Source of the DNA: Candidatus Methylomirabilota bacterium
Lineage (GTDB): Bacteria > Methylomirabilota > Methylomirabilia > Methylomirabilales > CSP1-5
NCBI GenBank assembly: GCA_019456075.1
Contig: VRUN01000005.1
Location: 1-48,257, forward strand
Reading direction: 5' to 3'
Length of the DNA stretch: 48,257 nt
The translations under genes and the position numbers were made by a program. Every line of letters starts with the position of its first letter. The first letter of the stretch is position 1. The notes below the pieces were generated by a model. It made no database searches, was not told where the DNA came from, and saw only the letters and a list, made by a program, of their open reading frames with translations. This document shows positions 34,975 through 43,941 of the stretch, in pieces.

Positions 34975-35369
34975 CGCCCTACCTTTACCAATAGTCCTCG
35001 GGCTTCAGCCACAATGACACCCTCGGCCGTGGCGGCCCAACTCTCCATTTCCACGGTCTTGTGCCCGTCCCGGAGCATTCTTCCGGCAAAATAAAGACGC
35101 TCCCCCACCCTGGCGGCCTGTTTAAGCCGAACTTCCAATTTTCCGGTGACCGCTCTCACCCCACGGAGCCACGCGCCGTTTACCATCACCTCATCGAGGA
35201 TGGTGGTGATGATGCCCCCGTGCACGATGTCCTGGAAGCCCTGAAACTGTTTCGTCGGGAGAAAGCTCGTTTGCACCTCCGCGTCCCCCACGAGCTCGAA
35301 GTCCAGTTGAAGCCCCGCGGGATTTTTCTTGCCGCACACAAAGCACATCTGATCATCCACGAGTTCCAT
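34971..35369 (-). CDS. PaaI-family hotdog-fold thioesterase
   Basis: MELVDDQMCFVCGKKNPAGLQLDF...GFQDIVHGGIITTILDEVM. AAGGGAGAG SD before ATG 35369. The longer track ORF (to 35549) is an artefact that runs antisense through the tRNA. 4-nt overlap with the DUF62 gene. Confidence 0.8.
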   Translation of the reverse strand: MELVDDQMCFVCGKKNPAGLQLDFELVGDAEVQTSFLPTKQFQGFQDIVHGGIITTILDEVMVNGAWLRGVRAVTGKLEVRLKQAARVGERLYFAGRMLRDGHKTVEMESWAATAEGVIVAEARGLLVKVGR

Positions 35370-35445
35370 GGTCTCTCCCTTCGACGCAGGGTCACTTTCC
35401 CGTTGACTTTTTCCGCCGCCCTCTTTATGTGTACAAGAGTTAGTT

Positions 35446-35532
35446 GCCGAAGTGGCGGAACTGGTAGACGCGCATGGTTCAGGACCATGAGGGCGTGAGC
35501 CCGTGGGGGTTCGAGTCCCCCCTTCGGCACCA
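35446..35532 (+). tRNA. tRNA-Leu (anticodon CAG), long variable arm, encoded CCA
   Basis: GCCGAAGTGGCGGAACTGGTAGACGCGCATGGTTCAGGACCATGAGGGCGTGAGCCCGTGGGGGTTCGAGTCCCCCCTTCGGCACCA. The acceptor stem GCCGAAG/CTTCGGC, anticodon stem CATGG/CCATG with loop TTCAGGA, T-arm GGGGG-TTCGAGT-CCCCC and the variable arm were all folded by eye. Confidence 0.93.
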
Positions 35533-35732
35533 CCTCTCCCCCTCCGCACCCCTGGACCTCCCTCAGTGCGACCGCCTCACGCCGGGGGTGCGTCCGACGT
35601 TGGCGAGCTTTCCCTCTCATCCTTTCCCTGGAATCAAGGCCCTTCCACTCCTCCCCTGACACCTCACCGACCCGGGCCGTCTCCGAAGGTCCTCCCGCCA
35701 ATCGTGCCAATCTTTCGCCCCGAACGTCGGAC

Positions 35733-36338
35733 TCAGGAAGCACGATCCCGAGCTACACGAGACCGTGAACAGGCCCGTCCGAACAAGGAGGCGAAGAAAA
35801 GATACATATAAAAACCGATAAAGGAGCCAAGGATCCAAAGTAGAGGAGGAGCCGCTTCGGACAGGACCACGGCAATAAGCAGGAGCACTCCGTACCAGAC
35901 GGTAAGCGCTGCAAGGTACTCGCCCAGGACCAGCTTGATTTCCGTCCAGACCCTGGGCAGGGTAAAGGCAAGCCAGACTCGGCCCGTACGGGCGAGATGC
36001 ACCTGAGCCATGGGTTCGAGGGCCGCGGAGCATAGTGCGGCGATGGAGAAGAGAAAGAGATTAATCCCCGCCGAGAGCAGCAGCAGGGGGAAGGCCATAT
36101 AGACAGAGCCCACCAGAAACACCTTCACCCCCCGCATGAACAGACCGGGAAAATCCGTCCACTCGGGCAGGCACGCCTCCTCGCCTTCCAGCACCTGCTC
36201 GAGGTGGCGTAAGGTATAGCCAATGGACAAGAGGTTTACAATGGGGAGCGTATTACAGGCGGCACCGACGAGAAGCTTTCGAACCGCCTGAGGATCCCGA
36301 AAGGGATGTTGAAAAGCATCTACGACCATCTGTCGCAT
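35733..36338 (-). CDS. DUF4013-family integral membrane protein
   Basis: MRQMVVDAFQHPFRDPQAVRKLLVGA...LSIGYTLRHLEQVLEGEE..LPEW is followed by four or five TM segments. AAGGGG SD 6 nt before ATG 36338. The ORF is open to GTG 36368. Confidence 0.6.
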   Translation of the reverse strand: MRQMVVDAFQHPFRDPQAVRKLLVGAACNTLPIVNLLSIGYTLRHLEQVLEGEEACLPEWTDFPGLFMRGVKVFLVGSVYMAFPLLLLSAGINLFLFSIAALCSAALEPMAQVHLARTGRVWLAFTLPRVWTEIKLVLGEYLAALTVWYGVLLLIAVVLSEAAPPLLWILGSFIGFYMYLFFASLFGRACSRSRVARDRAS

Positions 36339-36414
36339 GGACTGCCCCTTGAGGTTCCCCCTTGGCACATACCCTGCATGGTCTCACTCCAGGGCACCAC
36401 GAGGAGGGGCAAGG

Positions 36415-36675
36415 ATGGATCTTGATTTTCCGGGGGAAACCTCCGGAGCAAGTTTCTACTTCGCACCCGGATTCGCCTTAGGCTATGCCGCTCTTCTGGC
36501 AGATCTGTGGGGACCAGAAAAGGCGGAGGATGCCGTCCGCTTCTTCGCGGCCCACGACTTCACTGACACCATTGCCTTCGGCATTTGTCCCGACCACTGC
36601 CACCCCTGGCCCCCGGCCATCAGCCTCCCACGCACCCAACGGATTCAAGGCTGGAAGGACCCCTGCGCCAACTGA
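36415..36675 (+). CDS. hypothetical 86-aa protein (orphan, plus strand)
   Basis: ATG 36415 preceded by GAGGAGGGGCAAGG (a good SD). C-rich third codon positions like the neighbouring genes. It fills a gap with no minus-strand gene. The stop is followed by TTTTTT. No recognisable family. Confidence 0.4.
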   Translation: MDLDFPGETSGASFYFAPGFALGYAALLADLWGPEKAEDAVRFFAAHDFTDTIAFGICPDHCHPWPPAISLPRTQRIQGWKDPCAN

Positions 36676-36762
36676 TTTTTTCCCCATGGCTGATCCGCAT
36701 CCCGTGAGGAACCCCGCAAAAAGACTTCTCCTCCCATCCCCGCCCCAGCCCAGAGGGCAAAA

Positions 36763-37779
36763 TTATTCTGCGAAGATCTTCACGATCTCGTCCCGCTCAA
36801 AGGCGGGAAATGGTTTTACCCCCTGTGGACCGATCAGGACGACTCCCCGGGTCTGAGGCACAACGCGGCCGATTTTCCTGACGGGGACTCCTGCCGCTTG
36901 AATCGCCCTCAGCAGTTGACTGGTATCCCCCGGACGGCACGTGATCAGAAGGGCACCCGAGGCGATGAGTCCCAATGGGTCCAGACGAAACTCCTCGCAG
37001 AGACGGCGGGTATCGTCCAGGATCGAGATCTGGGCCTCTTCCACCTCCAGGCCGACGCCTGCCGCCTCGCTGAGCTCGTACAACCCCGCCGAAAGTCCCC
37101 CCTCGGTTGGGTCGTGCATCGCGCCCACCCGCGCCGTTTCGACCGCCACGAGTGCCTCCTTCACGACGCCGATGCCGGGATCATCGAGGTAGGCTTGAGC
37201 CCGCTGGATGGACTCTTCAGAGTAGCCCCGCGATCTGAGAAATGTTTCTCGCTCTCGGGCCAGAATGGCGGTTCCCTCCACAGCAATTCCCTTTGTCAGC
37301 AGGAGATCATCATCAACTTGCGCCCCGGAGGTCACGACGAGCCGGTCCTTCGCCACCTCTCCGATCATCGTTCCGATCAGCAGGGGGCGATCCAGTCCGG
37401 GGGTCACTTCGGTATGACCTCCGACGAGCCCCACCTCGAGCCCTCGGCAAGCCGCATGCACTTGTTGAAAGAGCCTCTCGACTTCGGCGTCGCTCGCCCC
37501 TTCGGGAAGGAGGAGATTCATGAGAAACCAGCGTGGTCTTGCCCCGCAGGTCACGACATCATTGGCATTGACTGTCACGGCGTAGTGCCCCATCTCCCGC
37601 GTAGCAAAGGTAATGGGGTCTGTCGACACGACGAGATACCTGTCAGGCATTTCTAAGACCGCCGCGTCCTCTCCAATCCGAGGCCCAAGGACCACCCCTG
37701 CTGTCAGGTTGGCGTACCGGTCGAGCAGCGAGGCCAACAGATGCCTCGGAAGCTTCCCAACCGGGAGGTAGGTCTCCAC
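36763..37779 (-). CDS. AIR synthase-related protein (PurM/HypE/ThiL superfamily)
   Basis: GEDAAVL...VVSTDPITF...YAVTVNANDVVTCGARP...VGGHTEV plus a C-terminal PurM_C-like domain. The specific function is not assignable. Confidence 0.65.
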   Translation of the reverse strand: METYLPVGKLPRHLLASLLDRYANLTAGVVLGPRIGEDAAVLEMPDRYLVVSTDPITFATREMGHYAVTVNANDVVTCGARPRWFLMNLLLPEGASDAEVERLFQQVHAACRGLEVGLVGGHTEVTPGLDRPLLIGTMIGEVAKDRLVVTSGAQVDDDLLLTKGIAVEGTAILARERETFLRSRGYSEESIQRAQAYLDDPGIGVVKEALVAVETARVGAMHDPTEGGLSAGLYELSEAAGVGLEVEEAQISILDDTRRLCEEFRLDPLGLIASGALLITCRPGDTSQLLRAIQAAGVPVRKIGRVVPQTRGVVLIGPQGVKPFPAFERDEIVKIFAE

Positions 37780-37791
37780 CGATCCCCCCCC

Positions 37792-38871
37792 TTAAAATTC
37801 CGGGGTCATGAATGGGACGGGGGTTATCAGACAAAGGAGGAGAAGAAGAGCACCGAGTGCCAAGAGACGCCGGCGAGGATCGAGGGGAGTCACATCGTTC
37901 ATCGGTGGAGGATGTTTGAACCCCAGCATGAAAGCGACAAAAGCCCAGAAAAGCCACCCCGGCCAAAAGGTGATCCCCAGGAAGGCGAGAATGATGGCAG
38001 TGAGAAACGCCAGCTTCTCGGACTGCCGACCGAGAAGAGCGTACGCAATATGCCCGCCATCCAGTTGCCCGAGAGGGAGAAGATTCAGCGCGGTGACAAA
38101 AAAGCCGATCCACCCGGCGAAAGCAACCGGATGCAGCAGGACATCCATCCCGTCAGGGATCGGGCCCAAGGTCATTTTCTGGAGCCACGTGAAAAGGAGC
38201 GGAGATCCCAGAGAGATCCCCTCGTGACCCTGTGCCGGGACAATTTCAGAAAGCGTGAGGCCGATTATCAAAACGGGGATGGCAAGGAACAGGCCGGCGA
38301 GCGGTCCGGCGATGCCAATGTCAAAGAGGCTTCGCCGGTCAATAACCGGGGATTTCAACTTGATGAAGGCCCCGAAGGTCCCGAGCCCGATCGGCGCGGG
38401 AATAAAATAGGGAAGCGTCACCTGTACACCGTACCATCTTGCCGTAAAGTAATGGCCCAGCTCGTGGAGCCCCAGGATCGAAAGGAGGCTAAAGGAAAAC
38501 GGAATGCCCGCCACAAGGGTTGTCGGATCGCCAAGCGGATCAACCCCCTGCCCCAGGGCCCCCACGAAAAGGGTGGTGAAGACGGTTGCAACGAAGAGAA
38601 GGATCTGAGGCCATGGCCGCCCGACCCCTCCACGCTTCGCCACCACGGGGGTCGGGAGAACGAGGATCTCTCGCTCACTCGAAAGGAGCGGCGAGAACCC
38701 ATACGGTTCCAGTCGGTGTCGTAAGATGTTGAGCGCCGTTTCAGGGCGGGCCAGCAAGACCCCCCGGAATCGAGCACCCGCACCCTGAACTTGCCACTCT
38801 TCGACCTCAAAGACGCCGGAGAGCTGTCGCGCCAAGAAAAACCCGATGCCTTCCGATTCCCACTCTCCCAT
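37792..38871 (-). CDS. site-2 protease family (peptidase M50) membrane metalloprotease
   Basis: Polytopic membrane protein with an HELGHY zinc motif (HExxH) and a downstream LLPLGQLDGGH motif. Confidence 0.8.
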   Translation of the reverse strand: MGEWESEGIGFFLARQLSGVFEVEEWQVQGAGARFRGVLLARPETALNILRHRLEPYGFSPLLSSEREILVLPTPVVAKRGGVGRPWPQILLFVATVFTTLFVGALGQGVDPLGDPTTLVAGIPFSFSLLSILGLHELGHYFTARWYGVQVTLPYFIPAPIGLGTFGAFIKLKSPVIDRRSLFDIGIAGPLAGLFLAIPVLIIGLTLSEIVPAQGHEGISLGSPLLFTWLQKMTLGPIPDGMDVLLHPVAFAGWIGFFVTALNLLPLGQLDGGHIAYALLGRQSEKLAFLTAIILAFLGITFWPGWLFWAFVAFMLGFKHPPPMNDVTPLDPRRRLLALGALLLLLCLITPVPFMTPEF

Positions 38872-38907
38872 AACCCGCTCGCCTTATACCATCTCTCTCT
38901 GAGTGAG

Positions 38908-41280
38908 TCAAAACCTTTCCCGGCCGCTTGGAAACAGCTCGAGCACGGCCGTGGCGACCTCCAAATTGGGCATCATCGGGAAATATCTCCCCTGCCGCCA
39001 GTCCGTAAGCTGGTCGCTGTAGTGGGGAGAAAGGGGGTCTCCTGAGCTTCCTCCCGGAACGACCCACAGGGATTCATGGAGGTTTCCCAAATTCACGATC
39101 TGCCGGTAGGTGGGTCCGACGACGGGTTCAAAGGGGTGCGAGAGGATATACGCGGCAACATTGACCGTCATCCCATCCCCTGCATGAGGAAAGGGCCCGC
39201 GATTGAGTCCAACAATGCGGTTTATGAAGTGGCTGGCCCGATCCCGGCCCTTACCCAACGGGTGTCGCAGGGTGAAGGAATGAAGCTTTCCCCAGCTCCA
39301 TTCCTCCTCTACCCCTAGCTCCTCCTCCAGAAACGCCACCGCTTCTTCAAGCGCCCGACTCACGACAAGGCCTTGCCCCCCCGGCATCCACGCAGGATTT
39401 CCACCCTTCAAGATCCGATCAACCGGCATCATGGGCAGATGGAGAAGCGAGAAGTAACCACGGTACAGCTCCGGGGCGACTTGGTTGAGACGGTCGGCAA
39501 ATACGAGGACCCGCAGTCGGTCGTAAAAGACATGATACAATGCGGCCTCTCCACTTTCCACCGCCATCCGGAAGTCCCAGTGAAGGAGCCGTTCTGCGGC
39601 CCGGCGCGCCTTCCCGGACAGTTCGCCGGCCACTGGAGCAACCACCTCTCTCACCACCCCCTGAGCCTGAAGCGACAGGACATCCCCCTGAATGGCTGCC
39701 ATGTCCCGCACGTCAAGTCCTCCCCGGTCCAAAAGCTCAACGATCCGCCTGGCCCGATGTGGAGGCTCCCAAAGATACGTCAACTCATGCGGATACGCGT
39801 CATCCACAATCCGGTTATTCGCGGTAACGATGACACCGGAGGGGGGATTGATCAAAGAGGGAAGTTCATCAAAGGGAACGTCCCCCTCCCACTCTGAGGT
39901 CCCCGACGCCCCGTTCAGGGGGAACGCACCCTCTCCTTTCCGGCGCCTCGGGAAACGTCCGGCACAGAAGTAGGCATAGTTCCCCTGGCGATCGGCATAC
40001 AGAAAGTTATGGGCAGGAACGGCAAAGTCTCTCAAACCCTCCTGAAATTCTTCGAGGCCACGTGCCCGACAGATCCTGAGGAGAGCATCTAGCTCTCGGG
40101 AGGGCTCTAGACCCGTCCAACGGAGGGAAAGCGGTGCACCGAGCGGAAGGATATCACTCAAGAGGGGACAATCGGCCTTCCCGTGCGGGACATACCGGAC
40201 GGCAATCCGGCGCGCGGGGCCCCCACGTATACCAATTTCTTCCACCCCCACTTTGAACCGTCGCCACTCCCCCTTGAAAGCGTACAGGTTCGGGTCGGAC
40301 GGATGAAGCGTTTCTCGGTACAAGTCGGCGTCATCGGGCATGACTGAGGTGATGCCCCACGAGACGTCGGCATTCGCCCCGATAAGGATGGCTGGAAGAC
40401 CCGGCATGGTCGCTCCACTGACATGGTATCCCGCCCCTCTCAAAGCAACCTGATAGAACATGCCGGGAAGGCCCATGGGGAGATGGGGATCGTTACAGAG
40501 GAGGGGATGGCCGCTCCGTGTGCGGTCTGGCCCGACCACCCAGCTATTGCTGCCGCCTCCTTCGCCGCCCAACAGTCCCTCACCTTGCACGATGACCGGC
40601 TCGCCGACCGGATACGCCGGCAAGAGGGCAGAAAGGTCCGGATGAGAGGCCATGGCTCCCAGCACGAGTTCGGCCCTGGCGGCAAAACATAGCATCCACG
40701 CGATCAGGCGCCCGATCGCCAGGCTGTCTTGCGGGCTCCAAGATTCCGGTTCATAGCCGAGCATGTAAAATTCTACAGGAAGGCATCGTTCCTGCCGCAT
40801 TGTTGCTATGGCTGCATTCACGCCGGCAGCATAGCGTTCCGAGGCTGACCTCGCCTCATGAGACATGATCTCCTGCGAGGCGTGGCCCGCCCGAGCGAGG
40901 CCCAAGGCCCGGTGCAAACAGTCCAGCTGGACGACCGAGGGGGGATCGAGGCCAGCTCCCGGCTTAACGGCGAGCGGCCGGTCCCCAAGGATCTCCGCCA
41001 GACGACCTCCGGCCAGCCGCCGATAGAGATCCATCTGCCACAGCCGGTCCTGGGTGATGGCGTAGCCAAAGCCGAAAAAGAGGTCAGAGGGTGTTTGCGC
41101 TCGAATGGTGGGTATTCCGAGCCGATCCCGACAAATGGTGAGCGGCCCTTCGATCCCCGCCACCGTTTCTTGGCCACTCCGCTTCAGGGCAAGGCGCGCT
41201 GGCAGGGCCGGGAAGAGGGGTGTGAGGAGACGGGCGGTAAGAAGAGCGAGGAGACGAAAGTAGCGGTCGATCGGCGTCAT
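38908..41280 (-). CDS. penicillin acylase family Ntn-hydrolase (peptidase S45; possible acyl-homoserine-lactone acylase)
   Basis: 790 aa with DRLWQMDLYRR in the alpha subunit, GGGSNSWVVGP (the Ntn serine of the beta subunit after autoprocessing) and NDPHL. Confidence 0.85.
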   Translation of the reverse strand: MTPIDRYFRLLALLTARLLTPLFPALPARLALKRSGQETVAGIEGPLTICRDRLGIPTIRAQTPSDLFFGFGYAITQDRLWQMDLYRRLAGGRLAEILGDRPLAVKPGAGLDPPSVVQLDCLHRALGLARAGHASQEIMSHEARSASERYAAGVNAAIATMRQERCLPVEFYMLGYEPESWSPQDSLAIGRLIAWMLCFAARAELVLGAMASHPDLSALLPAYPVGEPVIVQGEGLLGGEGGGSNSWVVGPDRTRSGHPLLCNDPHLPMGLPGMFYQVALRGAGYHVSGATMPGLPAILIGANADVSWGITSVMPDDADLYRETLHPSDPNLYAFKGEWRRFKVGVEEIGIRGGPARRIAVRYVPHGKADCPLLSDILPLGAPLSLRWTGLEPSRELDALLRICRARGLEEFQEGLRDFAVPAHNFLYADRQGNYAYFCAGRFPRRRKGEGAFPLNGASGTSEWEGDVPFDELPSLINPPSGVIVTANNRIVDDAYPHELTYLWEPPHRARRIVELLDRGGLDVRDMAAIQGDVLSLQAQGVVREVVAPVAGELSGKARRAAERLLHWDFRMAVESGEAALYHVFYDRLRVLVFADRLNQVAPELYRGYFSLLHLPMMPVDRILKGGNPAWMPGGQGLVVSRALEEAVAFLEEELGVEEEWSWGKLHSFTLRHPLGKGRDRASHFINRIVGLNRGPFPHAGDGMTVNVAAYILSHPFEPVVGPTYRQIVNLGNLHESLWVVPGGSSGDPLSPHYSDQLTDWRQGRYFPMMPNLEVATAVLELFPSGRERF

Positions 41281-41304
41281 CGCAGTCGCCCCGGGTTATT
41301 GCGA

Positions 41305-42111
41305 TTAGCGTACCGGGGCGGCCCTGGCCGTATACGCAAAGGCCGCAACGATGTTCAGCTTTCGAAAGGGGAACTTTGCTGGAAAGCGAGCATACGGCGC
41401 CCCGGCCTTGACCGCCTTGACCGCCGCCTCATCCAAGATCGAAACCCCGGAGCTTTCGGAAATCCGGACCTGGGCCAGATTCCCGTCTCTGGTGATGCTG
41501 AAAACGAGGACGAGCTCTCCCGCCAGACCGATGGTTCTTGCATAACGAGGATAAGACCACAGCCGGACGATCCTACGTTTTACCTCGGCGAGGTAGGGGG
41601 CATACTCCGAACTTTGGGTTTCCAGCGAAACGGTCCGTTCGTCGGTACCTGTCCCCCCATGCGGCCCCGTTTCCGAGGAGTCTTTCTCCCTGGATAGTCC
41701 CAGCCTCCCCAGGGCAGCGACCTGCTCTCGGAGCGAAGGGCGAGGGGATGTGAGGCGGTATGTCCCCGCCCCCTGCCGAGCCTTAGGAATGGCTGGAGAA
41801 CCCCGATCCTTTGGAGCCTGTAAGCCCTTGGGACCCGTTTCCGAACCCGGAACTGTCCCGCGACCCCTCGCCTCACTCGTGACCTGGGAAATGTCCTTGC
41901 TGTGCACCGGCCTGGTTGCTTTTGCAGCATCTGGCTGATCGATGAACTTGGGGATGTCACTCGTACGCAGGAGACGGATCATGAGCGGAGCGGAATCCTG
42001 GAGGCCAGGGGCTGGGACGTGGGTCTTCCAGAGAAAAACGGCACCGAGCAGGTGCAGAAGGATCGAGGCTCCTAATGACCGGAAAAGCAGAGGGCCAATC
42101 GGCTCCGTCAT
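41305..42111 (-). CDS. tonB: TonB-family energy transducer (C-terminal TonB domain)
   Basis: N-terminal anchor (ILLHLLGAVFLW), Pro/Ser-rich linker and a C-terminal domain (YPRYARTIGLAGELVLVFSITRDGNLAQVRISESSGVSILDEAAVKAV). Confidence 0.75.
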   Translation of the reverse strand: MTEPIGPLLFRSLGASILLHLLGAVFLWKTHVPAPGLQDSAPLMIRLLRTSDIPKFIDQPDAAKATRPVHSKDISQVTSEARGRGTVPGSETGPKGLQAPKDRGSPAIPKARQGAGTYRLTSPRPSLREQVAALGRLGLSREKDSSETGPHGGTGTDERTVSLETQSSEYAPYLAEVKRRIVRLWSYPRYARTIGLAGELVLVFSITRDGNLAQVRISESSGVSILDEAAVKAVKAGAPYARFPAKFPFRKLNIVAAFAYTARAAPVR

Positions 42112-42126
42112 CTCGAGCCCCCGGAC

Positions 42127-43848
42127 TTAACTCGCATTCTCCCCCCCTCCCTGCTGTTCCTTCCAACCCTGTGCAGCCTGAAACAATTCCCGGGCGTGCT
42201 TCAAAGCCGTCGCGGATCTTTCCGGCCCTCCGAGCATCCGACCCAGCTCCTCCACTCTTTCTTGCTTGGAAAGCGAGATCACCCGCGCCTCAGTCCGCCC
42301 TTTCTGCATCTCCTTTTCTACCCGAAGGTGAACATCGGCAAAGGCGGCAATCTGCGGGAGGTGAGTAATGCAGATCACCTGCCGCTCTCGACTCACTCGC
42401 CACAGCTTTCTCCCTACGACCTCAGCCATTCTCCCCCCGACTCCAGCATCCACCTCATCGAAGATCAGGGTGGGGGTTTGATCGGCCGAGGCGAGAATAT
42501 GTTTCAGCGCCAGCATGATCCGACTGAGTTCCCCACCCGAGGCGATCTTTCCGAGTGGCCTAAATCCCTCGCCTGGGTTCGGTGCAAAGAGGAACTCCGC
42601 CTCCTCCAAGCCGGTCAACCTGAGCGATCCTCGCGGTTCCTCTTCCACCTTCTTGATCTCCACGCGGAAATCTGCCCGTGTCATCCCGAGCTGGTTCAGC
42701 TCCCCCGTTACCTGTTGGGCGAGTTGCTTTGCCGCCTTCACTCTCCCCTTCGAAAGGTGACTCCCACGCTCCCAGAGGTCGGCTTCCACGGCGCGAATCT
42801 CCCCCTCGAGACCCACAAGCCGCTCCTCCGCCCCCTCTAGTTGCTTGAGTTCCAGAGCGGCCTGCTCTCGGTACCCCAGGATCTCGCCAGTAGTGGCTCC
42901 ATATTTTTTCTTCAGACGGCCGATGGTATGAAGACGTTCCTCAACGGTCTCCAGTCGATCGGGATCAAACTGAATCCGTTCCCGGTAGTCCCGAAGGGCA
43001 AGTACCACTTCCTGCAAAAGGGTCTTCCCCTCCTCGGCCATCCCCTCCACGGCGGCGAGGCGTGCATCGATTCGCCCCGCCTCTCTCAGTCGCGCCCCGA
43101 CACCGGAGAGGCCAGAAAGGATTCCTCCTTCATCCCCTTCCAAACGCACGTAGGCATCTTCGACCGCAAGGAGGAGTTTCTCATGGTGGGTCAGGATCGT
43201 GCGTTCCGCCTGCAGGGCCTCCTCTTCACCCTCTCCCAGATGTGCCGCATCAATCTCCCGGATCTGGTGCTCTAAGAGATCCTTACGCTGGGCCTTCTCC
43301 CGTTCGCCTCCCTCGAGGGTTTCTCGCTCTGCTTTCAAGGCTTGCCATCGGCGAAAGAGGGCCTGATACCCCTCGACCTGCTCCGTCAAGCCGCCAAAGG
43401 CATCTAACAGCTCGAGGTGTCGGCGGGGATTTTGCAGAAGAACACTCTCGTGTTGACCATGAATGTCGACCAGATGCTCCCCCAGCATCTTCAGTGTGGC
43501 CACACCCGTCATGGTCCCACTCACATAGGCCCGACTCCTTCCTCCTCTGGCCAGGTGCCGTCGGAGGAAGAGGTCCTCTCCCCTTTCCAACGGGATCCCC
43601 TGTGACGCGACCAGGTCCTCTACTGGACTTGCGCGCGGAATGGCAAAGGCGGCCTCTACCACTGCCTCTTCTGCCCCCGATCGGACCAGCTCCGCATCCG
43701 CTCGCGCCCCGAGGCTGATCGTCAGCGCACTGATGACAATCGATTTCCCCGCCCCCGTCTCTCCCGTCAGGACATTCAGGCCAGGTCCAAAACTCGCCCG
43801 AACGTGTTCAACGACGGTAAAGTGCCGGATGGCAATCTCCCGCAACAT
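42127..43848 (-). CDS. recN: DNA repair protein RecN
   Basis: SMC-like protein with N-terminal Walker A (LTGETGAGKS), coiled coils, a C-terminal signature (ASGGELSRIMLALK) and Walker B (LIFDEVDAGVGG). Confidence 0.95.
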   Translation of the reverse strand: MLREIAIRHFTVVEHVRASFGPGLNVLTGETGAGKSIVISALTISLGARADAELVRSGAEEAVVEAAFAIPRASPVEDLVASQGIPLERGEDLFLRRHLARGGRSRAYVSGTMTGVATLKMLGEHLVDIHGQHESVLLQNPRRHLELLDAFGGLTEQVEGYQALFRRWQALKAERETLEGGEREKAQRKDLLEHQIREIDAAHLGEGEEEALQAERTILTHHEKLLLAVEDAYVRLEGDEGGILSGLSGVGARLREAGRIDARLAAVEGMAEEGKTLLQEVVLALRDYRERIQFDPDRLETVEERLHTIGRLKKKYGATTGEILGYREQAALELKQLEGAEERLVGLEGEIRAVEADLWERGSHLSKGRVKAAKQLAQQVTGELNQLGMTRADFRVEIKKVEEEPRGSLRLTGLEEAEFLFAPNPGEGFRPLGKIASGGELSRIMLALKHILASADQTPTLIFDEVDAGVGGRMAEVVGRKLWRVSRERQVICITHLPQIAAFADVHLRVEKEMQKGRTEARVISLSKQERVEELGRMLGGPERSATALKHARELFQAAQGWKEQQGGGENAS

Positions 43849-43860
43849 CGCTTCATCTCG

Positions 43861-43938
43861 GTTCAGGGTTCACAGTTCACGGTTCACGGCAAAACCAGAA
43901 ATCTCAGGCTGTGAACTGACAACGGTGAACGGTGAACT
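43861..43938. repeat. 78-nt imperfect palindrome built from GTTCAC heptads (4 direct + 22-nt spacer + 3-4 inverted)
   Basis: GTTCAGG GTTCACA GTTCACG GTTCACG (43861..43888), spacer GCAAAACCAGAAATCTCAGGCT, then GTGAACT GACAACG GTGAACG GTGAACT (43911..43938). The arms match at about 24/32 positions. It occupies almost the whole nadK-recN spacer. Confidence 0.85.
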
Positions 43939-43941
43939 GGC

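Noticed and set aside
35370-35549. The 60-codon N-terminal extension of the thioesterase ORF (MRRGRGGAEGGTRTPTG...).
   Set aside because: It is the antisense translation of tRNA-Leu (the GGTRTPTG signature). The hotdog domain begins at ATG 35369, which has its own AAGGGAGAG SD.
35446-36400. A genomic island integrated at tRNA-Leu.
   Set aside because: No integrase, transposase or phage gene flanks the tRNA. I saw no direct repeat of the tRNA 3' end (GGTTCGAGTCCCCCCTTCGGCACCA) elsewhere in the window. Composition on both sides looks the same.
43849-43941. LexA/SOS operator upstream of recN within the heptad palindrome.
   Set aside because: I found no CTGT-N8-ACAG, GAAC-N4-GTTC or GTTC-N7-GTTC. 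The GTTC units are spaced N3 or N10. Homologous elements also sit upstream of tyrA and rapZ, which are not SOS genes. A lineage-specific LexA motif cannot be excluded without the organism's regulon.
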